A stretch of DNA of 64,000 nucleotides, from NCBI GenBank assembly GCA_022813965.1, contig JALDZS010000019.1, positions 124,001 to 188,000 on the forward strand, in the 5' to 3' direction. Shown one piece after another: positions 25,375-37,200 of the stretch. The position numbers were made by a program, and so were the translations under genes. Position 1 is the stretch's first letter; every line of letters starts with the position of its first letter. This stretch comes from Toensbergia leucococca (taxonomy: Eukaryota). Below the pieces are notes generated by a model. The model did no database searches. It saw only the letters and a list, made by a program, of their open reading frames with translations, and was not told the origin of the DNA.

Positions 25375-25770
25375 ATGGTAGCACAGAAAGCCTTGATTGT
25401 GGCTAGAAAGACAAGGCTGCCATCGTTGCTATCGCCATGGCCTTCAGTCGAATTCCCTTCAATTAGGCACTCCTCTTCTTCATCTAAGCAGCAAGAGCCA
25501 GCCCTCGAGAATGCGAAAGTATGACCTCACCTTCCAAATCTGGGATGGCCGTTGTTCTGATCCTGTCAGACTAAGAACAAGCATACTTCCAATAAATCTT
25601 TGGCTAAGCCAAAGGAGAAGAAAAAGACAATGGCAGAGCTAGATGAAGAGCTACGGTTGAAGTTGGAGGGGATATCTGGTGATGGAGGTGCGGCAGGCTT
25701 GGAGTTGGAGGATGGGAAGCCGGTGGCTATGAAGAGGGGGGTGAAGGAGAACATGTTCCGTTTGATATGA
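25375..25770 (+). CDS. Small (~114 aa) spliced protein with mitochondrial-presequence-like N-terminus; not in the ORF track
   Basis: MVAQKALIVARKTRLPSLLSPWPSVEFPSIRHSSSS...NAK, then intron 25519..25569 (GTATGA...CTGAT...CAG), then TKNK...KKKTMAELDEELRLKLEGISGDGGAAGLELEDGKPVAMKRGVKENMFRLI*. Confidence 0.8.
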
Positions 25771-27748
25771 AAAATAATGTATGTACTGAAAAGGATTATC
25801 ATTCTACAAGATGGGTGCTCAGCACGAATTTCGCTCCTGATTGTTCCTACTCGTATATCTAATAACGACTAACATTGACCACTAGCATGTAGGCAGGAGC
25901 AAAATGGGTGGTCCAAAGCAAACAGCATCTTTCAAGTCCAGTATTCAGTGCTCAAGCTTTCTCAGAAAGCATCGAAATTGCTGGCGGAATCCTTAATATG
26001 GCATCATGTTGGACGAAGCGTTGGCTCGAGTAAGTAGCCTTGATCCAAAAAAGCGGCCTAATTCACATCTAGGGAATCCTTGGTTAAGGTCTAATAATCG
26101 ATGCACGGTTCTTTATTCGTGGAATTTTCACATAATTCGTGTAATTTTATGGAACATCTAATGAGGATCTCGTGTCCTCTCCAGCAAGAATCCCTCTTTG
26201 AGCAATCCATTCGAAGTATATACTGTATTTCCGTTCTCGTTAAGGTCGCTTCCCTGGAATTCATCGTTCCTGCCCTAACGACGTTGGATAATGAGGAATG
26301 CTTTGTTTACTTCTAAAAGAGCTGAATACAGCTGTCACTTTTCTTCAAGTCTATGCAAGTAATTTAGGCATACGATGTCACGTAAGCGGGGCTGCGGGCC
26401 CTAGAATCAATCTATTGGGAGTGTCAGCGTTGAAGTTAAGGATGTTTGGCTTTCTTAAAGCAGGCAAGACAGATCGAATGATTGATCCTCGAGGGTACAT
26501 CCTTGTATTCATAACTCACTTCCCCCAGTCTGCCATCAGTGATGAATCCAGCTAGACTGTTCGAAAAGACTATTCTTTCATTGGATGATCTCTATGAAAA
26601 GCTTTGGTTGGCTGAGAATTGTCAAGATCAGACGTTCAATTGCAACGGGTTAGCGAGAGATGTAGAGGGAGCTTTTTTGGAGCAGGTTAGATGAGCACTG
26701 CATGTCTTGTTCGAAGACTGAAAGCGGTGTGTTCCGTAGAGAACAACACTCACGGAGATGTCACGTAAAAGATGCATAAGTGCTGATGGTAAATAGAATC
26801 CGCGTTCGGCCTTGGCCTGGTACCTAAGCAGTAAGCTACTGCATGGAAATGAAAACATGCAGCTAGGATGACTGACCCAAGGTACCCGTGACCATTATAT
26901 TGAGAAGGGGGAGGGATGTCACGATGCATGTGCGCTGAGGATTCTTACCTACCTATGCTTTTCCATAATCCGGATGGAGATGCATACCTACTGCCCCCAA
27001 GCAGCCGTGTTACACGACCAAATCTATATGCGCCCGCATCTGTTCACACTAAAAATTGCAACCCTACAAGAGTGCTTTATACAAGGTACAGGATTCTATT
27101 GAAAAGGATATTGAATTGTAAAAATACAAAACTCGCTATCATTTCCGTTCAACACCAGTCCATACCACCCCAACTCCTAATCCGACTGTCTGTTTTCATA
27201 CCCAGATTATCTTACTGATCGCAAGGTCTGTCTATAGCCCAAGTTCCGACAAAGCGCCCCAAACACCTTTCAAACCTGGCCTTGGAGTTGCCACTCAATC
27301 CTCTGACTGTTCAGGGCATCGTCCGCGAAAGTGCCTTTGCCATTGCTCCTTGAGAACTCCAACGCTTGGTAAGAAATCTTTTCTAGATCTGATAGGTCGC
27401 AGAACAAACAGATAAGAGTATACCAAGGCCCTGATTGCGCCACGCTTGTGCCAGAAAGAAAAGACGTAAATGTTCAATGCATGTTACCGAAAGCTTGCAA
27501 TGACTCCATTGACTTTCGTGTGGAACAGAATGGCATACCATTTCCGAGTAAGACTTGCATGGGCGCAGCTATGCTTACTGCTGAGTCATTGGGATATCCT
27601 ATGTTCATCCTCATAAGTTTAAAACTTTATGAGATACGCCTGTCCCTGGCATGGAAGCAAAGCACATTTTCCTGGTCGAGAGGGCTGCGAGACGAGTCTC
27701 TAGACCAACTTGAATGGCGGTAAAGATGAGGGACATCACTGGTCCCGC

Positions 27749-29865
27749 TTACATGTATTCGTCGGCAAAACGATCCTGTCTGTCTACCCTCATTGTACCA
27801 CTATCTCCCACTATTGGAATCTTGGATTGCCATACTGTTCCTGCAAGGACGCCGGCTCCAATGATGGTGCCATCTAAAGCTTCGCGCAAGACAACTCGAG
27901 TGTCAGCATTGCAGGGAAGAACGTAATCGAGCAGCATGTCAATCTTCTTCTGGAGGCCCTCTTTATGTCGTGAGTATTGCGTGATCAGCCCTCCGGTATA
28001 TGCCACAACCAATTCGTTTTTCGGAGTTACTGATCTCTTCGACCCAATGAATGTGGGAGGCTCGTTCTTGGCCTGTTCGATCTCAATTTCTCCAGCACAT
28101 GAGAGCAGACCGACAACAGCCGCAGCGATCATCGCTGCCGACCGCTTCAGAACTACAGACGTAGCTTGGTGCAAAACTTCTGCGAGGTCTACGGTCCATA
28201 TCCACCTATGAAGCTTATCTGGTTCTCTCCCAAGATTAAGCTGTCCTGCGAGTTCGCGAGCGCTTCCTGCCCCAGCGACGGATGTTGCAATGAAGGACGT
28301 GGTTAGGGCGTTACGATCTGATATCATGGACGGCAGGTCAGCTTCATCGAGTTTGAGTACATTGACGAACCAGTCATGAACTACTAGCCTGACAAGCTCG
28401 CCAAGATAGCGCCCTGCCGTCATATATTCGAAGGGCTGGAAGCCGGGTTTGGAGGTGGCTTCGTCAAGCATAACATCCCATCTCGTAATCAAATCAAGTT
28501 TTCTCAACGGCCCAGCCGCACCATTTATGGTCCACTCGGTATTGACAACAATCTCGGGTCTCCTGAGCCCGGTCTCTGTTCTCACCATATCTGGAGCTCT
28601 TTTAGATGGGTGAAGGTCCTCGGGCTTCATAGGTATTGTTGCATTACAGCCAGTACCGACGATTAACGCCATTGCAACTTTACTTAATGGTAATGGCGAG
28701 GTTGTGTAGGTCGAGGAGGCCAAAGCAGCCACAGAATCATTACTGATAGCTACTATATTAAGGTTTGGTAAAGTCGTCCAAGTGAGTCCATCCTTCTCAA
28801 GTGCCGGCCTTTTCGTATACTTTTCGTACCCGTCCAATAACATTCCGCCAAGATCTAGATTAGAGGTCATCGCAAATCCCTTACCCATCGGCAGCAATGT
28901 GGCATCGGCGTGTGATGTTTGTCTTAAAGGAGCGATCAGTCACTCTGCTGTAAAATCTTATCTCATGAAGGAGTGAGTTACAACAAGAAGGGAGCGGCTA
29001 CAATTGCAAAGGAAGAAGAATGGTAAAGGCATTTAGTTAGTGGACAGGCCTAGAGTACGTACTTCATTGGAAAGCTAAAAGTTAGGCCAGTGCGAAACTC
29101 ATTGGGCACGACATCTCCTGCTTCTGAGGCATCATCGACAAATGCCCTCACCACTTCTGCTATACGATCTGCCAGCCACGCAAAAAGAGCCTGCGCATCC
29201 TTCTCCTTGAGGTGCTCCTCGACGTGCCAAGCTCTTTCATGAGATCGAAGAATTCGCTGGCCTTTAGAGTGCCCCTCAGAAAACGCATGACCACCAGAAA
29301 GAGTGTGACCGTTGGACAAGGTATGGCTGTTAGAATAGCCCTCAGAAATTGCATGACCATCAGAAAGAGTATTACAGTTCGACAGTGTATGACCGTTAGA
29401 AAGATTTCTGTCATTTTTAAAGGCATGACCGTTAGGATGACCATGGCCATTAGATAGAGCATCACCGTTAGTCAGAGCATGACCGTTAGAAAGGTCTTGG
29501 CTGTCGCGGACAGTGTCATAGCTAGACAAAAGATGACCATCCAAAGGAATATGGCCATTAGAGGTCGGCTTTGACAAGCGGTACGCGCCATTGCGCCTAT
29601 TCAACTGATGGGGCTCTGGATCGGATCCGAGTAATTCAATGAAACCTACACGCAAATTGGTACCTCCAAGATCGATAGCTAAGTAAGTTCCCTTCTCTTC
29701 TCCTGTTGGAAGCTTCGTGTATGGCGTGGGCAGGAATTGAGCGGTCGAGTTCAGTGCCAAATACTTGTAGGTTTTTGAAAAGTCCCGGGCCAGAAAATGT
29801 AATTTCTCGTCACTGATGGTCAAAGGCCTTAGCCAGTCATCTAGATGCACCTGCCCGTACGACAT
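27749..29865 (-). CDS. Atypical hexokinase-family protein
   Basis: YLAIDLGGTNLRV, GLTFSFPM, LLPMGKGF, ND, GTGCNA, NTEW, QPFEYMTAGRYLGE and DGTIIGAG motifs. Intron 29062..28923. Start taken at MSYGQV. Confidence 0.9.
29261..29565 (-). repeat. 18-nt coding repeat giving ~12-14 (S/T)NGHx(L/F)-like hexapeptides
   Basis: LSNGHA LTNGDA LSNGHG HPNGHA ... LSNGHT ... LSGGHA; + strand (A/G)TGACCGTT recurs. Confidence 0.85.
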
Positions 29866-30264
29866 GAGCAGCGGATGAAGCAAGGATTGTCGTGGGCAAG
29901 AACAATGGTGGCCTGTCTGGAACGAAGAATTTAAGTTGAACCTGACACCAGAATGCTGATGTTTCCAAAATACATGGCTATTCCTCAATCTGCAGCCACC
30001 AGAACACGCGGGATGTCATGAATGGTAATCACTTTGCGGTACGGATACACGGCGGTATTTTGCGATTCGGTGTGTATACCTAGGCTTGCAAGGGTAATGG
30101 GTAGTAGTATGATGTATACGAGCCTTGTGCGGGACCGATCTTGCAGAAAGAGCTACAATAAGCTGTTCAGGATCCCAAACCCACCGTATGGCATAGACCA
30201 TCTTGGGGATGGATCGAGATTCATGTTCGAACTAGGTCCCTACCAACTACGAGGCTCGCAAGCG

Positions 30265-30305
30265 ATGTCATTGTCAACGATGCGATAAGGCATCGACAAT
30301 GACAT
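30265..30305. promoter_or_regulatory. Inverted repeat with GATAAG loop in the hexokinase-like/MET5 divergent intergenic region
   Basis: ATGTCATTGTC(AAC)GATGC-GATAAG-GCATCGACAATGACAT. Confidence 0.45.
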
Positions 30306-31086
30306 ACATGGATTAAAGTAGAAACAGGACGTAGTGTGTAGATACCAAAGATTGATCAGCGTAGAAGTCACTGATACTTGGGGCAGAGGGTTTTGATCGG
30401 GCTGCGCACATGTCTTTGAGAATTGTTCCTGGCTAGTTTGATACCAGATATATAACTGGCGTCAGGCGATGCATCACGCCGGCGTGGTCATCACCTTATC
30501 CTACCTTAGTGTCCGGCAGAATGGGGAATTCTTCCGAAGCTATCCGTACCCGTTGGAGGAAAGCCCGATGCACCGGCCCCAAGTCGATCGGAGCTACCTA
30601 TACCTCAACATACCGTAGATGAAGTAGTTGAATGTACCGTTGGGCCCAAGACATGAAGTCGGCCACTAATCATCGCCTTTCTAGCCTCCTACTCGTAGAT
30701 AGAACTTCAAAGTTTTGTACGAGTAGCTTTGGAGATGCAGATCCACTATTCAGGGTCCCTCGGTCCCGCAATCGAGGCATAGATACCTACCTAGCGAGCC
30801 TAGGTAGGTAGAATACCTTACCTTACCTTACCTACTAGCTTGATTAGCTCCAGCGAAGAGCAAAGTTCCTGCCAGGCATGATCCAGATTTCGCCACAGAT
30901 GTCGTGATTAGCTAAATTAACCCATGAGTGATAGATGGCGTTGATTTTTTCTTCCGTCTTACCGCATTCGATGCTGGCCGTTGAAATTCTCAAGATTCAA
31001 ACAAAAATCCACCCCCCCACCAAGCCTTTACCTCTGCTCTCTGTCGCATCTCTCTCCCTTCTCAACACGGCTTGGCTGGCGGGATC

Positions 31087-34000
31087 ATGGCTCTAGTGAC
31101 ATCATGCGGTGAAGCAGGTATGCCAATTCATCCCGTCTTCCCCGCAGCCACAGACGTGGGGGTCCATCTTACCTGACTCGCCAAACCAACCTCTAATCGG
31201 TTCATCTGTAGTGGCCAGAATTGCCTACATTGCCAGTGATGTTGTTTTGTCTGTGCAGCCGTCCCTAGCCTCTGATTCGGAATTCTCGACACACCTGCAC
31301 ACTTTCGCTGCGAATCAATCGCCCGGTCTGATCTCGAAAGAAATCCCTGAGGTGCGCCACCACAAACATGTGCAAATGTGGCGCGGTAAGTGCTGATCTG
31401 TAGAGCACACACAGGTCCACGCGGTCAGGCACAATGTGGATCCGTTGTTGTCAGCCTTTCGTCCCCTTCGATCTGGCAAACTCGTCTCAATCACTACCAC
31501 GTCCTCGATCCTCTTATCCTCCATTCCCCACTTGTACAAGCTTGCAAAGTATCCAATAGTCTTACACGTCTCCCTCCATCCACGCAACCACCCTGAATAT
31601 TCAGACGTAACCTCCATACGGCAGTCAGGCTTCACCTTCCTCCAATCCGAGACCTTGCAAGAAGCGCAGGACATTGCCCTAACAGCTCACGCTTTGGCCA
31701 TCAAATCTGGTACAGGAGTCATACATTTCTTTGATGCCACGAATTCCAAAGACGATGATCCGATCTCTCTCGAAGACCGAGACTTGGTCAAGACAGTTCT
31801 GGACTTGGATGCCGCAAGGGCCTATCAGTCTGTAAGGATTGGTGGTTCCTCTCTATATGTCGATGATGGAAGGCAAGCAGTCATTACAGATGACTATTCG
31901 GTTACTGCTCAAAGTCATCAGATCCAGAGCGGGCTAGTAAAAGCAGCTTTTGTGCAATCACCCATTAAAGCTTTGGGCCGACATGAATCTTCCGTTGGGT
32001 CGTCATTACGTGGGAGTAGTGTGGATAGTAGACCTACGAGTTCTTCGGCAACCTCACTGGACTCGACATTCATTCGATCGATCACTTCTGATGATATCTA
32101 TAATTACTTGGTCGACATATGGTCAAAAATCAATTTGCGAACAGGGCGCATCTATCAAGCTTTTGAGTACTCTGGTCCAAATGACGCCGAGTCGGCATTG
32201 TTCATCTTTGGGTCGACTGGGTTGTTCATTGACGAAATTCAAGCGGACAACCCATCTGATAGTTTCGCAGAGTTTGGGGTCATCACAGCACGGCTCTACA
32301 GACCTTGGTTGAGTGGCAGACTGATTGAATCAATTCCTCGGTCTGTAAAGAGAATAGCTGTTTTAGAAAGGGTTAAAAGAAAGACTACAAGATGGGGACC
32401 TGTCTTTTTGGACATCTTGACCAGTCTTAAGACCGGGCCATCTAGTGCGAATGCACCTGTAATCGTAGGTCATCAGCTGGGTTATATTGAACCGGCAACA
32501 GTCCGTCAAGCACTCCGTGGTATATTTCAGAATTTGAATTCCTCGTCTCCTATCCAGAATCTTGAGGTCGGCATCTCCGGGTTACCGAAACAAATTCCTG
32601 ATGAACATGGCCATCAGCAACCAAATGTCGAGAGCGCCTATATGAAAATCCTGGAACAAATTTTTGGCGAGAGGTTGTATGTTGCAAACCGTCTAGATTC
32701 GGCGAATGCCGGTATTTCCACTACCATTGAAGCAAGCCCCGAGTATGGGTTTGGCTCCCTTCTTGCACGGGCCGATCATCGTCGGCGGTTCATTGGTGAA
32801 GTTCAGGAAGCTACCATGGAACGGGATTTTGCAACAGACGTGCCTCAGAGCTGGCTTTCGAAGTGGGCTCTGAGCGCTGAAGACATTTCAAAAGCGAATG
32901 CAATGGCTCCTGATGTGATAGCGCGCCTGAGCACCGATGGGTCGAGGCTAGCATCTAAACTGTTATCGTCAAAGACTCTTTTCTACAAGGAATCCCAATG
33001 GCTCATTGGTTCTGACGCCTGGGCTTATGATCTTGGAAATTCTGGAGTTCATCATGTCATCGCTTCTGGTGCGAATATCAACATGTTGATCATTGATTCT
33101 CAGCCTTGGTCGGAAAGAGCAGCGGCCGACGCCTCAAGGCGAAAGAAGGACATAGGGCTTTACGCAATGAATTTTGGAAATGCTTACGTCGCTTCGGTTG
33201 CCGTTTACAGCTCGTATACCCAGGTCCTTGAAGCGATGATCGAAGCAGATCAATTCAACGGACCTTCAGTGGTCTTAGCGTATCTTCCTTATCATAAAGA
33301 AAACGACTCGCCTTTGACAGTCTTGCAAGAAACCAAGAAGGCGGTTGATCTAGGCTACTGGCCACTATACCGATGGAATCCTGAAAACGAGGAAAGAGGC
33401 GGCCTGAACTTTTCTCTTGATTCTGAACGGATTAAGCAAGAGCTTGAAGAGTTCCTGAGAAGAGACAATCACCTCACACAGTTGATGAAAAGGCATCCAG
33501 AATTTTCTGCCTCTCTCTCGGAGTCTTATGGTACTGAAGTACGTACGCTTCAGAAGCGAAAAGCCAAGGATGCATACGAAAAGATGCTTGAAGGGCTCTA
33601 TGGAACCCCGATGACCATCCTGTTTGCGTCGGACAACGGAAACGCTGAGAGCCTGGCAAAGCGGCTCGGTAACAGAGGCAGAGCCAGAGGTCTCAAAACT
33701 ATTGTCATGGCTATGGATGACTTCCCATTCGAGGACCTATCCGGCGAGGAAAACGTTATCATGTTAACCAGCACAGCTGGCCAAGGTGAATTTCCTCAAA
33801 ATGGTCGCGCTTTTTGGGACGCAATCAAGGACAATATTGATCTTGATCTCTCCCATATTAGATATGCTGTCTTCGCTCTTGGCGATAGCCATTATTGGCC
33901 TCGGAAAGAAGACAAAATCTATTACAATAAGCCTGGAAAAGATCTTGATGCGAAAATAGCAATTCTGGGCGGCAAGCGTCTGACAGATCATGGACTTGGG

Positions 34001-35836
34001 GATGACCAAGACCCCGATGGCTATCAGACTGGATACGCTGCGTGGGAGCCTGAATTATGGCGAGCACTTGGAGTCGATAATGTCGAAGGTTTACCAGAAG
34101 AGCCGCCAACTATCACCAATGAAGACATCAAGATTCAATCTAACTTTCTTCGTGGAACTATCACTGAAGGTCTCGAAGATACTACCACCGGAGCTATTGC
34201 CGCTTCTGATCAGCAGCTGACGAAGTTCCATGGGACTTATATGCAAGATGACCGTGATCTACGCGACGAACGTAAAGCTCAAGGCTTGGAACCAGCGTAT
34301 GCATTCATGATCCGGTGTAGATTGAATGGAGGTGTTGCTTCAGCTTCGCAGTGGCTTCAGATGGATTCGATCAGCAGTAATTATGGCAATGAGACGATGA
34401 AGCTTACCACTCGCCAAACGTTTCAGTTCCATGGGGTCGTTAAGGGCAAATTGAAGTCGGCAATGCGAGGTATCAATAAGGCATTGATGACTACCATTGC
34501 TGCCTGTGGAGACGTCAATCGCAATGTCATGTGCAGTATTCTGCCAACCAAGTCAGCGTATCATGGTGATACACACCGAGTTTCCGCCAAGATTAGTGAC
34601 CATCTACTGCCAGCCACTACTGCTTATCATGAGATATGGCTAAAGGACGAAAACGATAAGAAAACCAAAGTTGGTGGGGATGCAATCGTTGATCAGGAAC
34701 CATTGTACGGCCCCACATATCTTCCAAGAAAGTTCAAGATTACCATTGCTATTCCCCCTCACAATGACACGGATGTCTACGCTCACGACGTTGGTTTAAT
34801 CGCCATTAAAGGCGTTAACGGACGTTTAGAAGGTTTCAATATCTTGGCAGGTGGAGGCATGGGTGTTACACATAATAACAAGAAGACTTATCCTCGTACT
34901 GGCAGTATGCTAGGCTATGTTCGCGCCGAAAAGGTCCATTATGTGTGCGAGAAGATCATGCTCGTCCAGCGAGATAATGGGGATCGTAAGAACCGCAAGC
35001 ATGCTCGTCTAAAGTACACCATCGACGACATGGGCGTCGACGTTTTCCGCGAGAAAGTCGAAAATCTGCTCGGGTACAAATTTGAAAACCCTCGGCCGTT
35101 TGAATTCAAGTCTAATATCGATACTTTTGGCTGGCAGAAAGATGAGATGGGTATGAACCATTTCACTTTTTTCATTGAGAACGGTCGGGTTGAAGACACA
35201 GCCGATTTCCCCATGAAGACCGGCCTCCGAGAAATTGCAAAGGTGCACAAGGGCGAATTCCGCCTGACGGGAAACCAGCACCTATGTCTCTCGGGTGTCC
35301 ACAACAATGACCTCGAAAATATCAAGGGTATGATGAAGCAATACAAGCTCGATAACGTCCAATTCTCCGGTCTGCGCCTCAGCTCTTCCGCATGCGTTGC
35401 GTTTCCCACCTGCGGCCTCGCCATGGCAGAGTCGGAGCGCTACTTACCGACTCTCATCACCAAGCTTGAAAATTGCCTGGAGGACAATGGCTTGAGGCAG
35501 GACAGCATCGTGATGCGTATGACGGGATGTCCGAACGGATGCGCACGGCCTTGGCTCGCGGAAGTGGCGTTTGTGGGCAAGGCCTACGGCGCTTACAACA
35601 TGTATCTTGGTGGCGGGTATCATGGGCAGAGGTTGAACAAGCTGTACAGGAGCTCTATTCAGGAAGAAGAGATTCTGGAGATTATGAAACCTTTACTTAA
35701 GCGGTATTCTATGGAGAGGGAGGAAGGGGAGAGGTTTGGGGACTTTACTATTCGGATTGGGGTCATTAGGGCTACGACTGAAGGCAAGACGTTTCATGAT
35801 GATGTGGCTGAGGTGGAGAGTGAGGGTGAGGCTTGA
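31087..35836 (+). CDS. MET5: Assimilatory sulfite reductase [NADPH] beta subunit
   Basis: PFOR-like N-terminal region, flavodoxin domain (ASDNGNA, STAGQGEFP), KFHGTYMQDDRD, AACGDVNRN, and siroheme/4Fe-4S ligands CVAFPTC...MTGCPNGC. Introns 31118..31211 and 31352..31414. Confidence 0.96.
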
Positions 35837-36172
35837 TGTTTGTTCTTCTTTGTGGACTGGGAAGTAGGGTTATGCGTGCATGGCTGGTTTTGTTTTGAGG
35901 GTTAATCTGAATGAGAATTTTTCTAAAAGCTGGGCCAATGGATTTTTTTTTTGGGGCATCTGAGAGGCGCAGATGTTTTGTTTAGTTGATTTACTGATTA
36001 TCTTGATAACACATAAACACAATGAAGAGATTTATCATTATGATTTATTATTCCTTTTGAATGGGGTTTTTTTCCTCTTCTTGGTTGTATAAATTTTCTT
36101 TGATTTCTTTCTTTCTTTTCTTCCCTTTTACTAACTGTTAATCACCCCCTCTTTACTAAGACGGGGGTGGTA

Positions 36173-36233
<61 letters not shown>
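36173..36233 (+). repeat. Poly-G tract (61 G)
   Basis: Homopolymer read directly. Confidence 0.95.
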
Positions 36234-36234
<1 letters not shown>

Positions 36235-36461
36235 GAGTGATGCGTAGAGTCAAAACCCCACTCACTCACTTGATCAATTCTATTCCAGTTTCATAGGGGA
36301 TGTCATAAGCTCTTGTAGTAGAGGGTGTGATCAGTAAAACGTCCATTTCTCAAGCCAATTTGAGATGTGAGCTATTTGTGATGAAGAGCTTTTTTTTAGA
36401 AGGATGAGGTTGAGATCTCTGTGAGAGAAGGTTATGTGATACTTTCTTATCTGAGGGTGGG

Positions 36462-36464
<3 letters not shown>

Positions 36465-36494
<30 letters not shown>
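36465..36494 (+). repeat. Poly-G tract (30 G)
   Basis: Homopolymer read directly. Confidence 0.95.
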
Positions 36495-36495
<1 letters not shown>

Positions 36496-37200
36496 GAGAG
36501 TTGAAATTGAAAGTGATCAAGTGAGCGAACTTGGTTAATTTTATTTTGAATTTATTGGGGGTTTTTTAGAAGCTTTGGAGGTGATCGGTGAATGCGATTC
36601 TAGCGGTTTGAGATGGGATTGTGATGGAGCGCAAAAGAATGATGGGTGGGGGTCTGAGAGAGGGGAGATTGTGTGGTTTGTTATCTGAGGGGGTTAATTG
36701 TAGGTGTGAGGGGATTTTGAAAAGGGATTGGGGGCGGGGGGGGGAGGGAGGTGAGGGGGATGAGTGTTGGAAGGATGAGAGTGAGTAGAACCACCGGATT
36801 GATAAAGGCATGCTTACACCAGGAGGGCGTCATGGGAATCAATGTGTCGAGAGATCTATTCTTGCAATTGAGATGCTTTAAACAACTTCCCCCCCAAAAA
36901 AAGGAGGGGAGAGGAAGGGGGGGGGGGTGGCGGAGTGAAGTCTCCACTGTCACAAATCATATGCATGGTGTTTTTCTTGTTCATTTAGTTCCAACATAAT
37001 GGTAGAAAGTTGATGATGGTAAGGTGAGAAACCCCCCCTGCTTCTACATCACCAGTGCAATTCCCCGCTTCAAACATATGCAAAAAATAACTACTTCGGG
37101 TTATAAACCTACCTCGTCGATGAAGATCTTCGCATCCTGATCCGCTTCTAAGGTACCTTCCTTCAGCACCGATAGCTCCTCCTCCATCTCCGCAAAAGAT

